DNA of 64,000 nucleotides from Planctomycetota bacterium (lineage in GTDB: Bacteria > Planctomycetota > UBA1135 > UBA2386). How positions within the stretch are numbered: position 1 is the stretch's first letter; every line of letters starts with the position of its first letter. The translations under genes and the position numbers were made by a program. The stretch is from NCBI GenBank assembly GCA_016794035.1, contig JAEUHS010000019.1, forward strand, positions 62,247 to 126,246. Direction: 5' to 3'. This document shows positions 27,501 to 34,579 of this stretch, in pieces. Below the pieces are notes generated by a model, which saw nothing but the letters and a program-made list of their open reading frames with translations, was not told the origin of the DNA and did not search any database.

Positions 27501-28627
27501 CGGTCGGCACCAGGCCGTTCGGCGTGCGCGTCGACATCGTGCACTCGCCGGAGATCGAGCGCGAGAGCGGCGGCTTCGCCAAGTACGCCCAGAACCAGAA
27601 CAACATGGGCTACGCCTACAACTACGGGCGACCGCTCGAGAACTACCGCGACCGCTTCCACGACGCGGTAACCGCCGCGCTGCAGGAGAGCTTCGAGGTG
27701 TTGTCGGTGACCTTCAACGGCGAGCAGATGGCGTCGAAGCCGACCGCCGCGCCGGGCTGGCGCGCGACGCCGTATGCGTGGCTGCTGTTGCAGGCGCGCG
27801 GACCGCAGGTCGATCGCCTGCCCGCGATGCAACTCGACTTCGACTTCCTCGACACGTCGGGCTACACGGTGCTGCCGGTCGGCACGTCGCCGGTCGCGAT
27901 CGACGCGTCGGCGCCGGCCGCGCCGCGCCCGTTCTCCAACCTCAAGGTGACGCAGATCCTCGACGAACGCCGCGCCGACGAGGGCAAGGTCACGCTCGAG
28001 ATCAAGGCGCAGGCGACCGGTCTGGTGCCGGGCCTCGAGACGATCCTCGACGTCGCGGCGCCGGGCTTCCGCGTCGACAAGCGCGACGACCAGGGCGCGT
28101 CGGTGGTGCGCTTCACCGAGGAGCAGCAGAGCATCGAGAGCGAGCGCGTCTGGTTGCTGTCGATGGTGCCGGAGCAGGATGGCGCGCGGCCGAACAGCTT
28201 CGTGTTCGGCAGGCCCAAGCAGGACGACATCGAGGTCGTCTACCAGCGCTACAACGACGCCGACCTCGAGACCGTCAGCAGCAGCGTCGCGCTCGCGGGC
28301 GGCTACGGCAGCAAGAACCCCCTGTGGGCCTGGTTCCTGGTCGGTGCCGCGGCGATCGGCTACGGCGTCTGGTTCTTCGGTGTGCGCCGGCGCCAGGTCG
28401 GCGAGCCGACGGCCGCACCGCTGCTGCGCATGCCCGCGCACGTGACGCCGTTCACGGTGCTCGAGGTGCTTTACCGCGCCGAGACCCACGGCAGGTTCGA
28501 CGACGCGACGCGGCAGCAACTGCGTTCGACGATCGAGCGCATCGAGGCGTGTCACTTCGGCCGCGCCGAGGATCCGACGTTGGATCTCGAAGCCACCGCC
28601 GCGGAGTGGATCCGCCGCGCCATCTGA
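24593..28627 (+). CDS. Large exported protein (1344 aa) with BatD-like C-terminal module
   Basis: GAGGAG lies 4 nt upstream of the ATG at 24593; an alternative ATG is at 24758. A twin-arginine-like GRRLSAAMLLAVLAAAPVAQA is followed by a ~200-aa Pro/Ala-rich region and a ~800-aa helical region. Next come beta-rich repeats, a TM helix (PLWAWFLVGAAAIGYGVWFFGV) and a short cytoplasmic tail. This is the general layout of BatD-type proteins. The gene ends 36 nt upstream of MoxR. Confidence 0.55.
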   Translation: MSLCADHCWQTPFAATVATAAAVADPGRAGLPPSASRPATPRAARASVGRRLSAAMLLAVLAAAPVAQAPVPSSPARPTVPAAPPATPAPTPVDGAPAAPPQDPAAAVAATAAAKAKTAAAARLQKWKQLKFDRRPSAILRAWAAPELKPYDPAEEKGVPANGAPPASTGGAPSPAATPADDPPFEFEVFEIDGMPTILPPPERTASPPPAPGAPAAAGTDAPAAGDAEQQLAEKRLQRELEMVQRDVTLGRWPQVAAFLQTFAEPDRQPAYEHFLAAVLNPPPQPDQKVPPNLQEKNHFTFTDALALAGMAPGGFAKQQAPKLAPIVQRAIDTGSVLEELVRLLGVEVAKPATEQRLDRREAALLLAALGQEGEMKPFLPSAEEAETANDREGLNLIARCNLARFAVEKSREFLENAWTATQAALARGEIGEAEKAEALLRAVELAPKVRDDLGPAWLAESFTQRPQRGMEIVATIGGQVAKGFQDKPQDPEYRAKGLQLQKTAVEALLHTAPELADQWQKTLGLLASGWIVEAAFSTANSQSDSMGPVMERDEFGNIFWTNQRRGGGNQVLAIEPADVIAAQPGPEWAALLDDALRPHFTTVAAQLYLKVNEPERAFPFIEQLAQVNPRKAKDLAQQFLRVWMRNNNPNAQRRTNSYMFMYGFERRSAGIPLTRSKQERNLQELGSWVERLRQLPIGGVDEKLLSEAFVAAHSAAEVYRLETIEKVFGDVADLDPVLLGELLGTMRTNLATTWRRPDVQEEAKTKRTQRELLTEVAKGYDTALEVARRALEKRGAHWALLSVVASILHDRNNFSRELGRSSDFAETRKAAFQLFDQAAEHYISIADDLRLDQETIRPFDTWFYAALGAADLGAIDEDTVLAKSQLPRIREALDELPEGSRERHLAMFANALFTRMSAVKPQIKYRYLEAGFAIVGDHSQAAEAKKVWDYYQDLIRELRLEAVVEGSTTVGTRPFGVRVDIVHSPEIERESGGFAKYAQNQNNMGYAYNYGRPLENYRDRFHDAVTAALQESFEVLSVTFNGEQMASKPTAAPGWRATPYAWLLLQARGPQVDRLPAMQLDFDFLDTSGYTVLPVGTSPVAIDASAPAAPRPFSNLKVTQILDERRADEGKVTLEIKAQATGLVPGLETILDVAAPGFRVDKRDDQGASVVRFTEEQQSIESERVWLLSMVPEQDGARPNSFVFGRPKQDDIEVVYQRYNDADLETVSSSVALAGGYGSKNPLWAWFLVGAAAIGYGVWFFGVRRRQVGEPTAAPLLRMPAHVTPFTVLEVLYRAETHGRFDDATRQQLRSTIERIEACHFGRAEDPTLDLEATAAEWIRRAI

Positions 28628-28663
28628 TCCGCCGACCGCCCCCGATCCCGACCGAGGACCCCC

Positions 28664-29668
28664 ATGACCGTCGACGAACCCGCCGCCGCCACCCGTTTCG
28701 CCGAGACCCGCGACTTCCTGCACGAGATCCGCGGCCGGGTCGGCAAGGTCGTCGTCGGTCAGGACGTCGTCGTCGAGCGCGTGCTGATCGCGCTGCTGAC
28801 CTCGGGCCACCTGCTGCTGCAGGGCGTGCCGGGGCTGGCGAAGACGCTGCTGGTCGCCGCGGTGTCCAAGACCGTCGACCTGGCGTTCGCGCGTATCCAG
28901 TTCACGATCGACCTGTTGCCGTCGGACATCGTCGGCTCGGAGATCCTCGATCAGAAGACGCACGAGTTCCGCACCCACAAGGGCCCGATCTTCACCAACC
29001 TGCTGCTCGCCGACGAGATCAACCGCGCGGCGCCCAAGGTGCAGAGCGCGCTGCTCGAGGCGATGCAGGAGCGCCGCGTCACGATCGGGAACCACAACTA
29101 CCCGCTGCCGGCGCCGTTCCTGGTGATCGCGACGCAGAACCCGGTCGAACAGGCCGGCACCTTCGAGCTGCCCGAGGCGCAGCTCGATCGCTTCATGCTG
29201 CTGCACCGGCTCGAGTACCTGACGCCCGCCGACGAGAAGGAGGTGCTGCGCCGCAACGCCGCGCTCGGCGTGCGTCGCGACGGCAAGGGTGCGGTCGCGC
29301 GCACCGAGTTCGACGTGCTCGGCGATCAGGCGGTCGGCAGCTCCGAGAAGCTGGTGCGGGCGATGGAGGACGTGCAACAGGTACACGTCAGCGAGGCGTT
29401 CCTCGAGCACGCGGTCGAGATCACGAACCGCACGCGCCGCCACCCGAAGCTCGAACTCGGCTGCAGTCCGCGCGCCGGCATCTCGCTGGTCAAGGCGTCG
29501 CGCGCCCGCGCGCTGATCCACGGCCGCGACTACGTGCTGCCCGAGGACCTGTTCGCGCTGGCCGAGGACGTGATGCTGCACCGCATGCGGCTCAGCTACG
29601 AGGCGCTCGCCGAAGGGTTCACCGGGCCGCAGGTGTTGCAGGAGATCCTGTCCGAAGCGCCCAAATGA
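28664..29668 (+). CDS. MoxR-family AAA+ ATPase
   Basis: HLLLQGVPGLAKTLL (Walker A), IQFTIDLLPSDIVG, FTNLLLADEINRAAPKVQSALLEAMQERRVTI (Walker B / sensor), FLVIATQNPVEQAGTFELPEAQLDRF. Confidence 0.92.
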   Translation: MTVDEPAAATRFAETRDFLHEIRGRVGKVVVGQDVVVERVLIALLTSGHLLLQGVPGLAKTLLVAAVSKTVDLAFARIQFTIDLLPSDIVGSEILDQKTHEFRTHKGPIFTNLLLADEINRAAPKVQSALLEAMQERRVTIGNHNYPLPAPFLVIATQNPVEQAGTFELPEAQLDRFMLLHRLEYLTPADEKEVLRRNAALGVRRDGKGAVARTEFDVLGDQAVGSSEKLVRAMEDVQQVHVSEAFLEHAVEITNRTRRHPKLELGCSPRAGISLVKASRARALIHGRDYVLPEDLFALAEDVMLHRMRLSYEALAEGFTGPQVLQEILSEAPK

Positions 29669-30582
29669 CGACGTCGAAGCGGCACGAACGGACCGGCCGG
29701 GCGCTCGCGCGCGAGCGCGAGCTGCCGGGACAGCTCGCCAGGGTCGAGCCGCTCGCCGCACGCAAGTTCGTGATCGCGATCCGGCGGCTGGCCGACGACC
29801 TGACCTACGGGCTCGACGGTTCGCGTTTCCTCGGTTCGGGCATCGACTACGTGCAGTCGCGCGCCTACCTGCCGGGCGACCCGATCAAGTCGATCGACTG
29901 GCGCGTCACCGCGCGCTCCGGCAAGGTGCACGTCAAGGAGTACGAGGCGCCGCGGCGCATTCCGGCGTGGTTCGTCGTCGACACGTCGGCGTCGATGGTG
30001 GTCTCGTCGATCGCGCGCAGCAAGTACGAGCTGGCGCTGCACGTCGCCGGCGGCCTCGCGCTGGCGTGCCTCGACCGCACCAGCCCGGTCGGTGTGCTCG
30101 GCGCCGGCTCGCGCGACGTGCGCATCGAACCGAGCCTCGCCAAGGACCAGGTGCTGCAGTGGCTGCTGCGGCTGCGGCGCCACGGCTTCGACGAACGCAC
30201 GCAGCTGGTGCGGCGCCTCGCCGAGCTGCGGCCGACGCTCGGCAGCCGCGCGCTGGTGGTGGTCTGCAGCGACCTGCACGAACCGGGCGCCGCGCACGCG
30301 CTGGCGCTGCTGGCCCAGCGGCACGAGGTCGCGGTGATCCAGTTCCAGGACCCGGCCGAGGTGACGATGCGCGGCGGCGGCTTCCTACGCGTCAGCGAGG
30401 CCGAGACCGGGCGGGCGTTCGTGACCCACGGGCGCCGCCAACTGCTCGACGCCGCGCACGGCATCGCCGAACTGCGCCGCGGCGGCGTCGACCACATCCT
30501 GGTCCGCACCGATCAGCCGTTCGTGCACCGGCTGCGGCACTTCCTGCGCTCGCGCGGCCTCGCCGGCAAGGGAGCGCGATGA
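29665..30582 (+). CDS. DUF58-family protein (MoxR partner)
   Basis: Its ATG overlaps the MoxR stop (ATGA). DYVQSRAYLPGDPIKSIDWRVTARSGKVHVKEYEAPR is the DUF58 signature. A degenerate VWA-like region follows (VVDTSASM). Confidence 0.88.
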   Translation: MTTSKRHERTGRALARERELPGQLARVEPLAARKFVIAIRRLADDLTYGLDGSRFLGSGIDYVQSRAYLPGDPIKSIDWRVTARSGKVHVKEYEAPRRIPAWFVVDTSASMVVSSIARSKYELALHVAGGLALACLDRTSPVGVLGAGSRDVRIEPSLAKDQVLQWLLRLRRHGFDERTQLVRRLAELRPTLGSRALVVVCSDLHEPGAAHALALLAQRHEVAVIQFQDPAEVTMRGGGFLRVSEAETGRAFVTHGRRQLLDAAHGIAELRRGGVDHILVRTDQPFVHRLRHFLRSRGLAGKGAR

Positions 30583-31406
30583 GCCGCGGCAGCGCCGTGA
30601 CCGGCATGGCACTCGCGGCCCTGCTGCTCGCGCCTGCGCCCGCGGCGCAGGCGCGCGACGAACGCACCGCGAGCGTCGGCATGCGCGCCCGCATCGACGA
30701 GGTCGTGCTCGAGGGCAGCGAACTGACGGTCGCCCCGACGGACCACAAGGCGCCGGTCGTCGTGCGCGTGCTGGCGGTGCGGCCGCACGGCCAGCACTGC
30801 CGCTACGACCTCGAGTGGCAGGGCCTGGCGCCGGGCACCTTCGACCTGGTGCGGTACCTCGCGCGCAAGGACGGCTCGCCGGTCGCCGGCCTGCCGCCGC
30901 TGCAGGTGACCGTCACCAGCGTGCTGCCGAAGGGCGTCATGGATCCCTCCGAACCCGGGCCCGAGGCGCCGCCGCGTCTGCGCGGCTACACGGCGCTGCA
31001 GATCGTGGTCGGCGCGCTCTGGGGCATCGGCCTGCTGCTGATCCTGTTCGTCGGCCGGCGCTGGCGGCGTGTGCGCGTCGCCGCCACCCCGGCGCCGACG
31101 CTGGCCGATCGCATGCGGCCGTTGGTCGAGTCCGTCGCCGCCGGCCGCGCCGACGACGCGGCGAAGGCCGAACTGGAACGGCTGCTGGTCGCGTTCTGGC
31201 GCGCCAGGCTCGACCTGCGCGCGAGCAAGGCGGCGGCCGCGATCGTCGCGATCCGCGCGCATCCCGAGGCCGGCGCGCTGCTGCGGCAGGTCGAAGCCTG
31301 GCTGCACCGGCCGGTGCCGCCGGCGTCGTTCGACGTCGCCGCGCTGCTGGCGCCGTACCGCTCGGTGTCGGCCGCCGACTTCGCCGCGGAGGCGCATGTT
31401 CGGTAG
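30579..31406 (+). CDS. Exported single-TM protein of the Bat-like operon (DUF4381-like layout, tentative)
   Basis: Its ATG overlaps the DUF58 stop (ATGA). Signal peptide MSRGSAVTGMALAALLLAPAPAAQA, a beta-rich ectodomain, the TM helix ALQIVVGALWGIGLLLILFVG, and a helical cytoplasmic tail. Confidence 0.6.
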   Translation: MSRGSAVTGMALAALLLAPAPAAQARDERTASVGMRARIDEVVLEGSELTVAPTDHKAPVVVRVLAVRPHGQHCRYDLEWQGLAPGTFDLVRYLARKDGSPVAGLPPLQVTVTSVLPKGVMDPSEPGPEAPPRLRGYTALQIVVGALWGIGLLLILFVGRRWRRVRVAATPAPTLADRMRPLVESVAAGRADDAAKAELERLLVAFWRARLDLRASKAAAAIVAIRAHPEAGALLRQVEAWLHRPVPPASFDVAALLAPYRSVSAADFAAEAHVR

Positions 31407-32307
31407 ACCCTGGCTGCTGCTGCTGCTGGCGCTGCCGCTGCTGCACCTGTGCTGGGTGTGGCAACGGCGATCCCGCCGCACCGTGCTGCCGTTCGACCAC
31501 GGCGGTCGCGGCAGCGGCTGGGTCGTGCGCGGCCTGCTCGGGCTCGGCGAGTCGCTGCCGTCGCTGCTGCTCGCCATCGCGGTGCTGCTGCTCGCGCTGC
31601 CGCAGGAGCTCGCGGCGCCGAAGCAGAAGCGCGCGCTGACCAACATCCAGTTCTGCGTCGACATCTCCGGCTCGATGACGGCGAAGTTCGGCAGCGGTTC
31701 GCGGTACGACGCGGCGATGGCGGCGATCAACGAGTTCCTCGACTACCGCACCGGCGACTCGTTCGGGCTGACGTTCTTCGGCAACAACTACCTGCACTGG
31801 GTGCCGCTGACGACCGACCCGTCGGCGTTCCGTTGCGCGGTGCCGTTCATGCGGCCCGAGAACGCGCCGCCCGCGTTCGGCGGCACCGAGATCGGCAAGG
31901 CGGTGCTCGGCTGCCGCGAGGTGCTGACGTCGCGCAGCGAAGGCGACCGCATGCTGATCCTCGTCACCGACGGCTGGAGCAGCGACCTCGGCAACGGCGC
32001 CGAGATGGACATCGCCAAGCGGCTCAAGCGCGACGGCATCGTGCTGTTCGCGGTGAACATCCAGGAGCAGGAGGCGCGCGGCGAGATCGTCAACCTCGCG
32101 CGCATGACCGGCGGCGAGGTGTTCAATCCCGGCGACACGCGGGCGCTGAAGAACGTCTTCGAACGCATCGACCAGATGACCAAGGCCAGGCTCGAGCAGG
32201 GCACCGCCGAGCTGGTGGACTGGTTCCTGCCGTTCGCGATCGCCGGCCTGGCGCTGCTGGCGCTGCACGGTCTCGCGCAGCTGGGTCTGAGGTACACGCC
32301 GTGGTAG
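31396..32307 (+). CDS. VWA-domain membrane protein, BatA-like
   Basis: N-terminal TM pair (MFGRPWLLLLLALPLLHL..). VWA MIDAS motif FCVDISGSM..; LILVTDGWSSD; C-terminal TM helix FLPFAIAGLALLALHGL. It overlaps the upstream gene by 11 nt. Confidence 0.85.
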   Translation: MFGRPWLLLLLALPLLHLCWVWQRRSRRTVLPFDHGGRGSGWVVRGLLGLGESLPSLLLAIAVLLLALPQELAAPKQKRALTNIQFCVDISGSMTAKFGSGSRYDAAMAAINEFLDYRTGDSFGLTFFGNNYLHWVPLTTDPSAFRCAVPFMRPENAPPAFGGTEIGKAVLGCREVLTSRSEGDRMLILVTDGWSSDLGNGAEMDIAKRLKRDGIVLFAVNIQEQEARGEIVNLARMTGGEVFNPGDTRALKNVFERIDQMTKARLEQGTAELVDWFLPFAIAGLALLALHGLAQLGLRYTPW

Positions 32308-33275
32308 CGGCGACCGTGGCGATCGCGGCGCTGCTGCTGGCGCTCGGCGGCGAACTGCTGCATCGGCGGCGCGTGCGGCGGTTGGCGCACCTGCTGTTCG
32401 GTCCCGACGCACGGCCGGCCGGCTGGGTCGCGGTGGTGCCTTGGCTGCGGGCCCTGTTGCACGGCGGGCTCGCCTGGGGGCTCGTCACGTTGCTGATGGT
32501 GGAGCCGCGCGTGCACCAGAGCGACGAGATCCCGGACGAGGAGTGGCGCCACCTGCTGCTGGTCTACGACGTGTCGCCGAGCATGCACCTGCGCGACGCC
32601 GGGCCGAACGGCAACCAGTCGCGCGCCGAACGCGCCAAGGACCTGGTCGATTCGCTGTTCGCGCGGGTGCCGATCGGCAAGTTCAAGATCACGGTGATCG
32701 CGACCTACAACGGCGCCAAGCCGGTCGTCGAGGACACGCGCGACGTCGAACTGGTGCGCCACGTGCTGAGCCAGGTCGACATGCGCTACGCGTTCAAGAC
32801 CGGCAGCACGAAGCTGTTCGACGGCATCGCCGAGGCCGCGCGCATCGCCAAGACCTGGCGCGTGCGCAGCGCGATGCTGGTGATCGTCAGCGACGGCGAC
32901 ACCGTTCCCGCCAGCGGCATGCCCGAGCTGCCGCCGTCGATCGGCGGCACGCTGGTGGTCGGCGTCGGCGACCACGTCAGCGGCAAGTTCATCGCCGGTC
33001 ACCAGTCGCGCCAGGACGCCAGCACGCTGCGTCAGGTCGCGATCCGGCTCGGCGGCGAGTTCCACAACGGCAACAAGCGGCAGGTGCCGAGCGACGTGCT
33101 GTCGGCGGCGTCGGCCGATGCCCGCAAGCCGCTGATCGAGCGGCTGACGCGGCGCGAGTACGCGCTGCTGGCGGTCGTGCTCGCCAGCGCCGCGCTGGCG
33201 CTGCTGCCGCTCTTGCTGCACTACTTCGGCACGCGCTGGCGGCCGGGCGTGCCGGTCGCCGTGGTCGCCGCGTAG
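32301..33275 (+). CDS. VWA-domain membrane protein, BatB-like
   Basis: GTG start overlaps the upstream stop by 7 nt. N-terminal TM helices, then LLVYDVSPSM (MIDAS DxSxS), MLVIVSDGD, and a C-terminal TM helix YALLAVVLASAALALLPLLL. Confidence 0.8.
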   Translation: MVAATVAIAALLLALGGELLHRRRVRRLAHLLFGPDARPAGWVAVVPWLRALLHGGLAWGLVTLLMVEPRVHQSDEIPDEEWRHLLLVYDVSPSMHLRDAGPNGNQSRAERAKDLVDSLFARVPIGKFKITVIATYNGAKPVVEDTRDVELVRHVLSQVDMRYAFKTGSTKLFDGIAEAARIAKTWRVRSAMLVIVSDGDTVPASGMPELPPSIGGTLVVGVGDHVSGKFIAGHQSRQDASTLRQVAIRLGGEFHNGNKRQVPSDVLSAASADARKPLIERLTRREYALLAVVLASAALALLPLLLHYFGTRWRPGVPVAVVAA

Positions 33276-33276
33276 C

Positions 33277-33690
33277 TTGTCACCGCGACCAGTACGCCAC
33301 CGCTGGCGAACGGCCGCATGCCTCGTCGTGGTCGTCGCGCTGGGACTGCTGTCCCGCCGCCATCCCTTGCCCGGCGTGCTGGCCGAGTACACCGGCGACG
33401 CCCTCTACACGGTCGCCATGTTCTGTGCGCTGTGCTGGTTCGTGCCGACCGGTCGTGGCACGGTGCTCGCAGCCGTTGCGTTCGCGGTCTCGGCGGCCGT
33501 CGAGACGTCGCAGCTGCTGCGCTGGCCGTGGCTCACCGACCTGCGCGGGTCGCGGCTCGGCGCCCTGGTGCTCGGCCAGGGCTTCCAGTGGGCGGATCTG
33601 CTCGCCTATGGCATCGGTGCCCTGGCCGCTTGGGCCGTCGACCGGTCATTTCGCCGGCGGCTCGCGCCGCCGAGCCCGCTTTCCCGATAG
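33277..33690 (+). CDS. DUF2809-like small integral membrane protein
   Basis: TTG start 1 nt after the upstream stop. Four hydrophobic segments, with GDALYTVAMF and GQGFQWADLLAYGIGAL matching the pattern I recall for DUF2809. Confidence 0.55.
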   Translation: MSPRPVRHRWRTAACLVVVVALGLLSRRHPLPGVLAEYTGDALYTVAMFCALCWFVPTGRGTVLAAVAFAVSAAVETSQLLRWPWLTDLRGSRLGALVLGQGFQWADLLAYGIGALAAWAVDRSFRRRLAPPSPLSR

Positions 33691-33759
33691 ACTGTCCCAC
33701 CGCGGCACCGCCCCGGCGCGGTTCGCCCTGACTGCCACCCCCTGCGAACGGAGACGACG

Positions 33760-34359
33760 ATGCGCAACATGCTCTTGGTCGGCTGGCTGCTGTTGCCGAT
33801 CGGCGCCTGGGCCTTCCACGAAGGACCCGGGCAGGATCTGACCGCGCTCGAGACCTCGGATGCGGTGCTGGTCGCGGCGCACGCCGCGGCGGCCGACGGC
33901 GACTGGCAGGCGGCCATCCGACACTACGAGGACGCGCTCGGCAAGCTGCCGGCGAGCTTCGACGAGGGTGCCGGACGCGCGGTGTTCCAGCGCGTGCGAC
34001 TCGAACTGAACAAGGCGCGCATGCAGGCGAGCCAGTTGCCGACCGCGCGCGAGGAGCTGGCGACGCTGGTCGAGCAGATGGAGGAGGAGAAGGACGGCGA
34101 CCCGCGCCTGCTCGCCGAGGCGCGCCAGGAGTTGGCGCGCTCGCAGTTCTACACCACCTGGCTGATGCGGCTCGAAGGTGTCGCGCGCGAGGAGTGGGAA
34201 CCCGAGATCGAGGCCGCGCGACAGAACTGGCGCCTGCTGGCCGAGCAGGCCGGCGACGAGCAGGTCGCGGCCACGCACCGGCAGGACCTCGAGGCGGCGA
34301 TCCGGTTGAGCCGCATCGAGATCGAAGACCTGCAGGGCCTGCCCCTGCCGAGTGAATGA
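33760..34359 (+). CDS. N-terminally anchored helical/TPR-like protein (BatC/BatE-like position)
   Basis: MRNMLLVGWLLLPIGAWAF (TM or signal), then helical repeats (AAADGDWQAAIRHYEDALGKLP..). It is the last gene of the co-directional run. Confidence 0.6.
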   Translation: MRNMLLVGWLLLPIGAWAFHEGPGQDLTALETSDAVLVAAHAAAADGDWQAAIRHYEDALGKLPASFDEGAGRAVFQRVRLELNKARMQASQLPTAREELATLVEQMEEEKDGDPRLLAEARQELARSQFYTTWLMRLEGVAREEWEPEIEAARQNWRLLAEQAGDEQVAATHRQDLEAAIRLSRIEIEDLQGLPLPSE

Positions 34360-34511
34360 AAGGGCTGCGGTACGAAGGCCGGTCGGCCTCGCATCAACAA
34401 GAAGGCGTCGAAGGGCCCGCCGAACACCGGCGCCAGTTCCGGCGCACCGCTCGACAACGGCGGTTCGTGATCGCGCTGCCGTCGGGGCGGGACGTCGCCG
34501 CGACCCGCTGC

Positions 34512-34530
34512 GCCACCGCGACGCGGTGGC
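34512..34530. other. Hairpin in a convergent gap, related to the hairpin in the 97-bp repeat unit
   Basis: GCCACCGC-gac-GCGGTGGC, a perfect 8-bp stem followed by AGCACG. Compare GCCGCCGC-tac-GCGGTGGCAGTACG in the 664-955 repeat. Confidence 0.3.
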
Positions 34531-34579
34531 AGCACGAGGGCAGGAGCCACGGCGGACGAGGGCAGGGCCGCGCTCCGGA

